From Bdellovibrionota bacterium (GTDB taxonomy: Bacteria > Bdellovibrionota_C > UBA2361), in the NCBI GenBank assembly GCA_041739515.1, contig JBGSNS010000028.1, positions 1 to 51,734 on the forward strand: 51,734 bases of DNA, in the 5' to 3' direction. Below are positions 27,401-35,176 of this stretch, piece by piece (the stretch's first letter is position 1; every line of letters starts with the position of its first letter). Made by a program: the position numbers and the translations under genes. The notes beneath the pieces are model-generated. The model had not been told where the DNA came from, made no database searches, and was given only the letters and a program-made list of their open reading frames with translations.

Positions 27401-29568
27401 CCTGGTCGGAGAATAGCAGAGAAAATCGACTTTCTACGTGGTCCAACGATGCTGTTAGTGATCCGATGAGTGAGATCGTCTATCTGCGCGATCAGGACAC
27501 CGGTGCTTTTTGGTCGGCCACGCCACAGCCGGCTCCAGTGGGAGACTATCGGGTTAAACATGGATTTGGATATTCTAGTTTTGAAAGCAATGTTTCGGAT
27601 ATCCGCTCGGAAATGACCGTTCGCGTTCATCCAAGTGAGCCAGTCAAAGAGATATCGATCGAGGTGACGAATCACGGTCGAGGAGTAAGGCAGCTTGGGT
27701 TTGTGTATTTTGTGGAGCCGGTGCTCGGCGTTCTCAGAACGGATTCCTATCGACACCTAGTCTCCCGCTTCGAGACCAGCAACCAAGTGCTAACCGTCAC
27801 GAATCGATACAACAACGAATTTGCTGGCCGTAGCGTCTTCGTCGGTTCCTCAGAGCCGATCGCCTCCTGGACTGCTAGTCGTGAGGAGTTCATCGGTCGC
27901 CACGGAGATACGAACAGGCCGCTCGCTTTAGCGAGAGCCCATACGAGGGGATTTAGACGTACGCCGTTTAAGCTTAGTGGCAAATCCGGCGCATGTTTCA
28001 ATCAAGCGCTTATGGTTCATGTGGGTATCGAACTAGATCCGGGTGAGAGTAAACGAGTTAGTTTCTTTCTTGGAGAATCACGCTCGGCCGATCAATTGGC
28101 GCAACTTTCTGCTCGATTAAAATCAGTCAAGTTTCGTGCGGATATTGAAGCTGGAAATCAGAGTCTGAAGAATGCAATCAGCGCAGTCCGAGTAAAAACA
28201 CCAGATCCTGCGTTCGATTTAATGGTCAACGGTTGGCTGATGCATCAGGTGATATCGTGTAGACTATGGGGTCGCAGCGGATTTTATCAGAGTGGAGGAG
28301 CATTAGGCTTTAGAGATCAGCTGCAAGATTCGTTGGCACTTTTGATCGCCGACCCAGCTGCTTGTCGCGCTCAAATAATGCTACATGCGAGTCGTCAGTT
28401 TATCGCGGGCGACGTTCAACATTGGTGGCATCCACCAACAGGGAGAGGTGTTCGTACTACCATTTCTGATGATTTACTTTGGCTACCGTACGCCGTCTGT
28501 GAGTACTTGGACGTTACGGGAGACGAAAGGGCGCTTGAGGAGGAGATCTCGTTTCTAGAAGGCCAAGAACTACCTCCAGGTCATTCCGATCTGTATTTTC
28601 AGCCTCAGGTCTCCGCAAGAAGAGGGTCGTTATTCGAACATTGTAGTCTTACCCTTGATCGCAGTCTTGCAACCGGAGCTCATGGCTTGCCGTTGATGGG
28701 AGGTGGAGATTGGAATGATGGGATGAACGAAGTCGGACACGGCGGTAAGGGTGAATCCGTGTGGTTAGGCTGGTTCTTGGTGGTTACTTTGGAGCGCTTC
28801 GCGGTGCTCTGTGATTCACGTGCTCCCGACAAAGCAAAGTTGTATCGAGATCATGCAGCTAAATTGCGTGCCGCACTCAGCAATAATGCATGGGATGGAG
28901 AGTGGTATCGACGGGCTTTCTTTGATGATGGAACGCCGCTTGGGACCGCTTCCGCAGCGGAATGCAAAATCGACTCACTTTCGCAATCTTGGGCGGTTAT
29001 CGCTAATGATCCGCGTGGTAAACAGGCCATGGATTCAGCGATTAAACATTTAGTGAGACCGAAGTCGAAGATAATCAAGTTGCTAGATCCACCATTTGAT
29101 AAAATGGTTCCAACTCCAGGGTACATACAGGGTTATGTGCCCGGTATCCGCGAGAACGGCGCACAGTATACCCACGCCGCAACATGGGTAGTGTTGGCAG
29201 CCTCGATTTTGGGCGATGGAGATCGAGCGTATGCTTTATGGAACATGTTAAATCCGATCAATCACGCAAGCTCCGAGCAGCTTGTTGCGCAGTATCAGGC
29301 GGAGCCCTACGTGCTGTGTGGTGATGTGTACGCGGGAGAGCTAGAAGGGAGAGCTGGATGGAGCTGGTATTCTGGATCTGCAGGATGGCAGTATCGGATA
29401 GCCATCGAGAATATTCTCGGGATCAAACGCCGCGGTGATAGCTTAACGGTTTCGCCATGCGTGCCTAAGGAGTGGCCTGGATTTGAAGCTTGGATTACGA
29501 TCAACGGGAAAGAGCAACATATCGTTTGGAGAAAGGATGCCAAAGTAGAGAATCGGCCGTCGTTGTAA
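21424..29568 (+). CDS. ndvB: Cyclic beta-1,2-glucan synthase (GT84 + cyclization domain + GH94 phosphorylase-like domain)
   Basis: 2714 aa. TM segments around aa 430-490 and 830-1000. GT84 signature ...SHDLFEGERGRTGLASDVELFDD...RRQHRWIRGDWQLLPWL. C-terminal GH94-type region GGALGFRDQLQDSLAL...ENGAQYTHAATW. Size and domain order match ChvB/NdvB/Cgs. Confidence 0.9.
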   Translation: MRIRSVVRRFRPDNWLPSLLLPVAQLFSRLTIPFPITTVRRESLSASELRVQGADLATTHRVRSVFDRGIDVIPHFKDSTKRIRDAYFLFSGASRGKKTLPPGIDWLLDNYHIIQQVQRDLKVDLSPGFYRRLPKLKRGEYRHYPRVLELAAEYLALTDSRFDRERFTQFMIGYQSDKSLAVGELWALPIFLRLVLLEHLRLIVERWSLEHAEQLKLDAIINRFAMTMGGTELAMALATALEGTTFNPSMLLRLIRTLRVRGPKAALAIGFAEEKLREQGMTFEDLTRQVNATGAADQVTMMNVFVSFKSLASLNWKKWVEDNSQLHAELSKDADYVRSDFETRNIYRSRIEQLATRSERTELGVAKSVLELSCSEAALKNINKAARHIGYYLIDKGYGSLIKIVGYRAPIRERILSMVERNRSGFYFGLIGAVTISLSLLATQAVWLATSAVIPSIIAFLCMALVGSEFGTHLTQWLTLRFFPAKQLAKFDFSKGIPEEFRSVVVVHTLLSDKQTVERMVEGIEIRYLGNRDANLTFCLLGDLPDAAAEKMPGDAELLEFTTDAMRKLATRCPQGKFAALTRQRRWNDGEGKWMAWERKRGKLEEFHRLIRGNDGTSFLPLFGDPKKMRMSPFVITLDLDTQLPRGAAARLVGTLAHPLNRPVLDDARSRVMRGYSVIQPRVGVHISSGSATPFSRLFAGNSGIDPYTQCVSDLYQDVFGAASYIGKGIIDVDAFSTLLDENVPDNTILSHDLFEGERGRTGLASDVELFDDIPGKYHAFARRQHRWIRGDWQLLPWLLPKVPSGNGYVANPFSSLSRWKLFDNLRRSLVAVGYVGLFVLISLSLSAHTNWWTVLLLFFLAFPLFSNLASGLAGSSPRISFGTHLKGIGRDAGRHLGQTIVALLVLPHQAIVTLDAVFRTLWRLRVSRKRLLEWETADQADKRLGDSFLGIFREMALGWGLTVLLAAVVVQASSAFTLTSLVIALWLVAPVVIWRLSRVSPPPALSNRETEEITKLARETWKFFEEQLTDGNNYLIPDNVQFVPKEIVAKRTSPTNISLSMLAVVAASDMKFIPVERSIELLAKISESLERLERFRGHFLNWYAIDRMAPLLPRYVSFVDSGNLVGHFITLRSTIKEFRANYPDLIQSHGGLMQQIDGRLERWIAEMEFGFLYDEERKLFAIGYNVDNATRDPNCYDLLASEARLGSFVAIAREQVGEEHWFSLGRTITSCAGGKALLSWSGTAFEYLMPLLVMRSYPGSLLDRTYTAIVKAQQAYGEKLNVPWGVSESAYSGVDFERTYQYHAFGVPGLGFKRGLSHDLVISPYSTVLALQVDPSAAVKNFAALDAEGYRGRYGFYEAGDYTGRRLTPDEKVHIVQSFFSHHQGMSFVAMANVLCDSVFQRRFHTDASVRATELLLQERFPRTFETLTPNQAEQRDDSAQGQGEGSRISWDLAKLISPHTTFPYTHVLSNGNFSVMIDNAGAGYSWIGDVSLTRWREDEVACNYGEFVFVRDRESEEFWSTTYQPVKSEPDAYEVIFSPDKAEFKRRDFDIHTHTDIVVSPEDNVQVRRVSVKNVTDFARSLDLTSYSEVVLNKAKAEAVHPAFSNIFIQTEYLADLDAILCERRPRSAHEKPTYFFQLVNSAVVWAPLQYDSSRATFVGRGRTSANPIALESEKLAQSVGAVLEPIVAMRIVVELGAKESHTVCFVSGYAATREEAIHLIERYHNSEQSVHRAFELAWAQSSVELRSGQVQSEEAAIFQRLASAIFFNHEQFRTAPENVARNGLTQSGLWRFGISGDIPIVLARISDPSQLPLIQQVLSAHDYLRLRGVKFDLTILNEYPGGYAQDLHHELEFMIRAGRSETLIEKSGGIFLRGAQAISSDEITLLEAVARVVLNGTHGSLVEQLLLPKLLPETQRYGGALGPASDGIEFSTPVPLPALQFRTKYGGFDPKTGEFVMRVHEGLRPPLPWSNVIASPEFGCLVTESGGGYTWSENSRENRLSTWSNDAVSDPMSEIVYLRDQDTGAFWSATPQPAPVGDYRVKHGFGYSSFESNVSDIRSEMTVRVHPSEPVKEISIEVTNHGRGVRQLGFVYFVEPVLGVLRTDSYRHLVSRFETSNQVLTVTNRYNNEFAGRSVFVGSSEPIASWTASREEFIGRHGDTNRPLALARAHTRGFRRTPFKLSGKSGACFNQALMVHVGIELDPGESKRVSFFLGESRSADQLAQLSARLKSVKFRADIEAGNQSLKNAISAVRVKTPDPAFDLMVNGWLMHQVISCRLWGRSGFYQSGGALGFRDQLQDSLALLIADPAACRAQIMLHASRQFIAGDVQHWWHPPTGRGVRTTISDDLLWLPYAVCEYLDVTGDERALEEEISFLEGQELPPGHSDLYFQPQVSARRGSLFEHCSLTLDRSLATGAHGLPLMGGGDWNDGMNEVGHGGKGESVWLGWFLVVTLERFAVLCDSRAPDKAKLYRDHAAKLRAALSNNAWDGEWYRRAFFDDGTPLGTASAAECKIDSLSQSWAVIANDPRGKQAMDSAIKHLVRPKSKIIKLLDPPFDKMVPTPGYIQGYVPGIRENGAQYTHAATWVVLAASILGDGDRAYALWNMLNPINHASSEQLVAQYQAEPYVLCGDVYAGELEGRAGWSWYSGSAGWQYRIAIENILGIKRRGDSLTVSPCVPKEWPGFEAWITINGKEQHIVWRKDAKVENRPSL

Positions 29569-29686
29569 GTACACCGCTGAAAGACGCTGGTTTAATAGAC
29601 ATTGGTCTAATGGACCCTGCTCTACGAAACCCTGCTACAATTCTGGAGTTGACGTACTTCTCAAAGAGCGACTATTCGGCGCAAAA

Positions 29687-30487
29687 TTAGAATCTGCTTA
29701 GCGAGACTTGACTCATAGCGCTCTCGCTACTTACAAGGGTGCGCGCCATCTCTTCTACCATTCGTAAAACCGTAGACGGTCTGCTTTCGATTAACTGTGA
29801 AAAATTGTCCTTAGCGATAACTAGCACAGTGCAATTTTTAGTTGCCCGCACTGTGGCCGAACGTGTTGTTCCAGCCAACGCTGCTACAACACCGAAGAGC
29901 TCGCCAGGCATGACCTTTCCGACGGCAACCCCGCCCACTATAGCTTCCGCTTCGCCTTCGACGAGAGTAAACACCTCAGTTGCATTTGTACCTTCAATGA
30001 AAATCTCTTCCCCTGACATGATCGCCCGGATCTCTGGCGCTGCTTCTGCATTCTTTCGTAAAAATGCCTGGCAAAGATGGGCAAGCAGTTGAGCATGGCA
30101 CGCAAGGTATTCCTGGAGTGATGCAGCTACTTCACGATCGCTTTGCGCCAATTCTAAAAGCTTCGCACCTGAGTACGAGTCAACAATTACGGCGAAATCT
30201 GACGTAACGACGCTTGGACTGCGTGAGACTAGGTGTTCTAGACCTACTATCTCTCCGGCTTCGTAATGAAATAGGGGAGCCCCGAGTATCGAATACGCCA
30301 GCACCCCTTCTTTCAAGCGATAGATTAAGCCCTGTTGTGGCTCGCTAGGAGGATAAATAGTTTTGCCGGCTCCGAGCTTTATACTCGAGGCGATAGGCGT
30401 GGCCTTACTAAGCAATCGATCAGCAACGACTTTCAGGTGAGCTTCGAGTGCCTTAAACTCAACTGAGGTATCTTGTAGAACGAACAT
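29687..30487 (-). CDS. Cyclic-nucleotide-binding domain protein: C-terminal canonical CAP-effector barrel, N-terminal degenerate one
   Basis: 266 aa. GEEIFIEGTNATEVFTLVEGEAEAIV...GELFGVVAALAGTTRSATVRATKNCTVLVI matches the cNMP-binding pattern. No DNA-binding HTH follows. Confidence 0.7.
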   Translation of the reverse strand: MFVLQDTSVEFKALEAHLKVVADRLLSKATPIASSIKLGAGKTIYPPSEPQQGLIYRLKEGVLAYSILGAPLFHYEAGEIVGLEHLVSRSPSVVTSDFAVIVDSYSGAKLLELAQSDREVAASLQEYLACHAQLLAHLCQAFLRKNAEAAPEIRAIMSGEEIFIEGTNATEVFTLVEGEAEAIVGGVAVGKVMPGELFGVVAALAGTTRSATVRATKNCTVLVIAKDNFSQLIESRPSTVLRMVEEMARTLVSSESAMSQVSLSRF

Positions 30488-30497
30488 AAGCGACTCT

Positions 30498-30530
30498 ATT
30501 TCAACATTTCAACATTTCAACAGGATTTCA
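30498..30530. repeat. Tandem octamer array (ATTTCAAC x3 plus a partial fourth) in a divergent promoter region
   Basis: ATTTCAAC at 30498-30505, 30506-30513 and 30514-30521, then agg, then ATTTCA at 30525-30530. It lies between the divergently transcribed cNMP-binding gene and the ABC exporter gene. Confidence 0.8.
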
Positions 30531-30615
30531 GCGGGAGTTGCTAGCGGCCTTTTAGCTAGATTGCGCCGAACTCGGTAAACAGGCAGAACTTAGCGTGATC
30601 AGGGCAATCTAAACA

Positions 30616-32421
30616 GTGGTTTTGCAAACTTCAATTCTTAACAAAATAGGCGAGATTCGACGTCACGGATTGGTGCGATTACTCCGATTCTTAAAACCCC
30701 ATAGGGGACCACTTACAGTTGGGTTTCTGGCCTTATTGGTTGGCGCCGCTAGTAATCTGGTTCTGCCTCAGCTCTTAAAGGGCTTTATCGATACCATTGG
30801 CAGTAATGCCGATGTCGCTGAGACCCCTCTCACCTTCTTAGTCGGAATGACTATCGCGGTGTTTCTGTTGCAAGGAGCAGCATTCTACGTACGAGCCCGA
30901 CAGTTTGGTGCTGTGAGTCATCGTATTGCGGGGGCTATTCGCGCGACCTTGTATCGCGGGATTCTTCGGCAGGAAGCAGCGTTCTTCGATGCCCACCGTT
31001 TCGGAGATCTCGCAACGCGACTCAGTTCCGAAGTACAACTCGTACAGGATGCGGTAGGTATTCGCATTGCGGTTATTGCTCGATACGGCCTTCAAGTGGT
31101 CGTCGGTACGATTCTTATGGGATTTGTATCGGGCAAACTTACCGCGGCACTTTTGTGTGCCTTGATTATCTTGGTGGTCGTGGGATCGATGTTCGCCCGC
31201 TCGCTTCGACGGGCATCTAAGGCATTAAACACAGAGATCGGCACATTGACGGGATTATTTACGGAGGCTCTTTCTGGAGTCCGTTTTTTACAAGCTCATA
31301 CGAGCGTCGGTTGGATGACATCGAAGCTCGATGCACTAAACCGTGTCGCCGTCGAAAGGGGACAAGCGCGTGTGAACGTGAGTGCGGAATTTCAATCGTT
31401 TGTTTCGTTTCTATTAAATTCTAGTCTGGTTTTATTGGGTGTTTACGGAATTAAATTAGTCACAAGCGGAGAGCTCGGTGCGGGAGATTTTGGAGCTTTT
31501 GTATCGTACGCGGCGATTGTTGCGGTAAGTTTTAGTTTTCTTATCGCCAGTTTTTCAGAACTTTCTCAGGCCTTCGCCGCATGGGAGCGAATATTGGAGG
31601 TGCTTCCAGCTGATCGAGAAATAGAAACTACTAACCACTCGTTTTCGTCAGCGAAGGCACCAGAGATACTTTTCGAGAATGTTTCATTCGCCTACAGCTC
31701 TGAGAGCCCTTTAGCGCTTAGTGAAGTTAACTTCAGGATCTCACCTGGTCAGCGAGTTGCCTTGGTTGGGAGATCCGGTTCCGGTAAATCCACTCTCTTT
31801 TCTTTACTTCTTGGGTTTTATCGCCCAACTACGGGGCGAATTTCGATTACTTTTGTGGATCAAGCGCCAGCAGTCGATCGAAGCTCTCTTTTAGGCTTAG
31901 TGGCTTACGTCCCTCAGGACCCGCAGCTTTTTGGACTTTCGGTTCGGGATAATCTTTTGGTTTCAGCTCCCAACGCCTCCGACTCTCAATTGATGGCTGC
32001 CTTGAAGCAGGCTCAATTGTACGAATTATTTGCTAATTCCGCTGAAGGTGGGATGACGCTTGATTCGATTATCGGGGAGCGAGGAATGACTCTTAGCAGC
32101 GGGCAGAGGCAGCGATTGGCCCTTGCTCGAGCCTTTTTAAGTAACGCTAAAGTAATTCTGCTCGACGAGCCGACAGCTAATCTGGATGCCGAAAATGAAA
32201 CAGCGGTACAAAATGCTTTGTCCGAACTGTTCTTGGGGCGAACAACGATTACGATAGCGCATAACTTTTCAACGATTATGAAATCAGACATCGTGTTTGT
32301 ATTGGACGAAGGACGGATTGTTGAGAGTGGGATTCCATCGAAACTTATGACTGGTAACGGACTGTTTCATCACCTAGCCTCACTGCAACAGGGTGATCGA
32401 TCACAAGGAGCGTCTCAGTGA
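30616..32421 (+). CDS. ABC exporter, fused permease/ATPase (MsbA/NdvA type); candidate cyclic-glucan exporter
   Basis: 601 aa. Six-helix TMD followed by GRSGSGKSTLFSLLLG (Walker A), LSSGQRQRLALARA (signature) and VILLDEPTANLD (Walker B). GTG start. NdvA/ChvA are half-transporters of this size genetically linked to the synthase. Confidence 0.85.
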   Translation: MVLQTSILNKIGEIRRHGLVRLLRFLKPHRGPLTVGFLALLVGAASNLVLPQLLKGFIDTIGSNADVAETPLTFLVGMTIAVFLLQGAAFYVRARQFGAVSHRIAGAIRATLYRGILRQEAAFFDAHRFGDLATRLSSEVQLVQDAVGIRIAVIARYGLQVVVGTILMGFVSGKLTAALLCALIILVVVGSMFARSLRRASKALNTEIGTLTGLFTEALSGVRFLQAHTSVGWMTSKLDALNRVAVERGQARVNVSAEFQSFVSFLLNSSLVLLGVYGIKLVTSGELGAGDFGAFVSYAAIVAVSFSFLIASFSELSQAFAAWERILEVLPADREIETTNHSFSSAKAPEILFENVSFAYSSESPLALSEVNFRISPGQRVALVGRSGSGKSTLFSLLLGFYRPTTGRISITFVDQAPAVDRSSLLGLVAYVPQDPQLFGLSVRDNLLVSAPNASDSQLMAALKQAQLYELFANSAEGGMTLDSIIGERGMTLSSGQRQRLALARAFLSNAKVILLDEPTANLDAENETAVQNALSELFLGRTTITIAHNFSTIMKSDIVFVLDEGRIVESGIPSKLMTGNGLFHHLASLQQGDRSQGASQ

Positions 32422-33110
32422 ATACTGCTCCAATACGAATTCTCTTAATTGACGACGACGCGTCGTTTCGCAAGCTGTTAGAACTGAGACTAAGATCAAT
32501 CGTCGGTGCTGAGGCTTCATTTAAGCAATACGCATCCCTTGCCGAGGCTTCAAATGCTCCCAGCGAGGGACCCTGGGACCTAGTTGTCCTCGATCAGCAC
32601 TTAAGTGATGGCCTAGGAGTAGACTATTTGGCGCGAACTCCATTTCCCAATACGAACGTATTGATGTTGAGCTCCGATTCTGCGCCTGAGATCCCTGGCG
32701 ATGCTGTTCGGGCTGGCGCGGCTTTTTTCCTAAGCAAAATTCAGATTGGCGAACCATTATTTAAGCCGTTGGTTCTTGGATTAATTGAACGCAACCGCCT
32801 TAGCCGAGAAATTAACGAGTTTCAACGTAAGCAGATAGAAGCTGATACCGTTCGAACTTTAGTAGCAACACTAAAGCATGAAATTAATAATCCGTTAGGT
32901 GTTGTGATGGGAGCTGCCTTTCTTGTTCAGCAGACGGGAACTTTGAATGAACCGCAACGCAAAGCGGCAGAAATGATCGAAGGTAGTGGGCAACGAATTC
33001 GAGACGTCGTGAATAAGTTGAGTGATCTAACTGAGTTTGAGCAGACGGTAAAATCTGGTGTTTTCGTGTACCAAGTGCCCGGTGATCCGAAATGGGAGGA
33101 GAAAAAATAA
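32418..33110 (+). CDS. Response-regulator receiver fused to a HisKA/DHp domain, with no ATPase domain
   Basis: 230 aa. REC: IRILLIDDDASF, WDLVVLDQHLSDG, LMLSS, FFLSK. DHp H-box: LVATLKHEINNPLGVVMGAA. The protein ends about 70 aa later without N/G1/G2 boxes. The GTG start overlaps the ABC stop (GTGA), with AAGGAG 7 nt upstream. Confidence 0.75.
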   Translation: MNTAPIRILLIDDDASFRKLLELRLRSIVGAEASFKQYASLAEASNAPSEGPWDLVVLDQHLSDGLGVDYLARTPFPNTNVLMLSSDSAPEIPGDAVRAGAAFFLSKIQIGEPLFKPLVLGLIERNRLSREINEFQRKQIEADTVRTLVATLKHEINNPLGVVMGAAFLVQQTGTLNEPQRKAAEMIEGSGQRIRDVVNKLSDLTEFEQTVKSGVFVYQVPGDPKWEEKK

Positions 33111-33123
33111 TTCCCTGACCTAC

Positions 33124-33663
33124 TTACTCGCTGTCTAGAGCCATTACGGTGTCTAGGGCCATCACATCATCGATAAATTGTCCGACGATTACATCTACAA
33201 CATCCTTAACCGAGAGTACTCCATTAGAATGACCTGCTTCGTTGACCAACGGAAGATGGCGAAAACCGCCCTGCGACATTAAGTTCAGGGCATAAGCTAA
33301 CGTACAGTCAGAGGTAACCACCATTGGATCACGTGTCATGTACTCACTGATCGGCGCACTGATTCGATTCTGAAAATCCCCGCTAATTTTCAAAATAAAA
33401 TCTCGCTCAGAGAAAATTCCTTGCAGTACTCCTGCACCATCGACTATCACTACACATCCTGTTTTATTCTCGCGTAGTAGAGCCAACACTTTTTCCACAG
33501 AGTCAGTTGGCGCCGCACTTATAGCTGGCTTACACGGGAGGGTGCCAACGCTTCGGCACATAAAATGTGAATCTAAAACCCCGAGTCTGCGATCGCATGC
33601 CATACGGATCGCTTCACCCATTTGAGTTGAAGTTGGAAGTGACCTGTCATTTTTTGTGTCCAT
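33124..33663 (-). CDS. CBS-domain pair protein
   Basis: 179 aa with two CBS repeats (VLQGIFSERDFILKI; GVLSVKDVVDVI). It overlaps the end of the fapA-like gene by 17 nt. Confidence 0.8.
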   Translation of the reverse strand: MDTKNDRSLPTSTQMGEAIRMACDRRLGVLDSHFMCRSVGTLPCKPAISAAPTDSVEKVLALLRENKTGCVVIVDGAGVLQGIFSERDFILKISGDFQNRISAPISEYMTRDPMVVTSDCTLAYALNLMSQGGFRHLPLVNEAGHSNGVLSVKDVVDVIVGQFIDDVMALDTVMALDSE

Positions 33664-35143
33664 TTTGTGCTCCTGTTACTGATGGTTTCGAAACGGTACA
33701 GAGTAACGGCTGTAGCGGTCCAACTGAAAATTTACGCGTTGCAGGGTCGAAATCGATTGAGATCGGTCCAGGGATAGAATCCTTCAAAACGAACTCTTCG
33801 TTATCACAAATAATTATGGCCCCAGCGTGTGCAGTTTTAAGGATGTTAACTCTTTGAACCTCGTTTGTAACGGCGCTGGCAAGCGCCTTTGCTTTACTAC
33901 TTTCCAGCACTTCAAGACTGGATCTTAGCGCCATTAACTTGCGTAACAACTCTTCCATCTTCCCTTTAAAGGGTGATTTAAGCAGCGCAATTCTAGCGGG
34001 ATTCTTTGTATATGGGCCCAAATGTCCTTCAAGCATCCCGATCGCTTTGGTATGAGTGACAATTTTTGCTAGTAAGGCAGTATACTCTGGATCCGCCTCG
34101 ACGTTATTGCACAGATGAAACACACTTCGTTTCTCAGCATCGTTCCCCAGCTCACCTATTTCACCGCCGCATACCGCAAAGGAATCGCCTCCTACGATCG
34201 AGGCATTTGGTGCAACTATTGATCGAAGCGCGCGAATTGTGCAGTCGATCGCATGTTTCTCTATATTTACATCTCCGCGGGCTTCGATGTTGATTTCTTG
34301 TGCCGAATTAATCGTAATTACTTCGCTCGATACGATGCGTGCCCCCTGACCACCGAAAACGAATCCCTTGATTCGGATATCGCCCTCTGCGCTCTCGATC
34401 ACCGCGTTCCGTGCGCCGCCATTTATGATCACTCCACGACGAGCACGTGCAAAAAAACCAGGGCATACGTCGCCGCCAACCACGAGCGTGCCGATAAAAT
34501 CGATGCTGCCCGTTGCAAGATCTATGTCGCCTGGAAACTTCAGCTCATCTCTCACCGTGAATCGTCCAGAGTCGAGAAATAAATATCCATGCGAATTCGC
34601 GACAAGACACTCAAGCTCCTGCCCCGCCGGGCGTTCCAAGCGAAGAGTTTTATCCATTCCGATCTTTTCGGGTTTTCCAGACGGAGCCGGCAACACTTTT
34701 CCGGTAGCATCGATGCCGTCCTGTCCAACAGTTGGAGGAAAAATCTTTCCGACAATACTGTTCTCGGTAACGTTGTCGAAAAGGTGAAGCGAGCGAAAGT
34801 CGATCGTACCCTGCGGAGTATCCCGCGGAGCACCTTTGCCTGTGAACGGCTTAACCATTAGAGCTAAACGACCGTTGTGCCCGGGAATCGGAGAGGTTCC
34901 CTTTGCTACTCTGCGTTCCGTACATTCTTCACCCCTTGAGAGTATATTCGCTAAGTCATCAAGCACCCCAAGATCAAACATCTCTTCCTTAGCCACATCC
35001 TTCATTGCATTTAGCAAATCTTTACGAGTAACGGTGACGTTTGGAGAGCATGGTTTGGCATCGACGAATAATTTCATCCTATCGGGCGCGAGTTTAGGTG
35101 TCAGTTCGAAGAGTGGAGTTTTGATTATGGTAAGAGCCGCCAT
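33647..35143 (-). CDS. FapA-family (DUF342) protein
   Basis: 498 aa. Central beta-helix repeats GDIDLATGSIDFIGTLVVGGDV...VIINGGARNAVIESAEGDIRIKGFVFG...INIEARGDVNIEK, followed by a C-terminal helical region, as in DUF342/FapA proteins. Confidence 0.7.
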   Translation of the reverse strand: MAALTIIKTPLFELTPKLAPDRMKLFVDAKPCSPNVTVTRKDLLNAMKDVAKEEMFDLGVLDDLANILSRGEECTERRVAKGTSPIPGHNGRLALMVKPFTGKGAPRDTPQGTIDFRSLHLFDNVTENSIVGKIFPPTVGQDGIDATGKVLPAPSGKPEKIGMDKTLRLERPAGQELECLVANSHGYLFLDSGRFTVRDELKFPGDIDLATGSIDFIGTLVVGGDVCPGFFARARRGVIINGGARNAVIESAEGDIRIKGFVFGGQGARIVSSEVITINSAQEINIEARGDVNIEKHAIDCTIRALRSIVAPNASIVGGDSFAVCGGEIGELGNDAEKRSVFHLCNNVEADPEYTALLAKIVTHTKAIGMLEGHLGPYTKNPARIALLKSPFKGKMEELLRKLMALRSSLEVLESSKAKALASAVTNEVQRVNILKTAHAGAIIICDNEEFVLKDSIPGPISIDFDPATRKFSVGPLQPLLCTVSKPSVTGAQNGHKK

Positions 35144-35176
35144 TTGTTTAGTCTCTTATCCCTACCAACGAATCTC

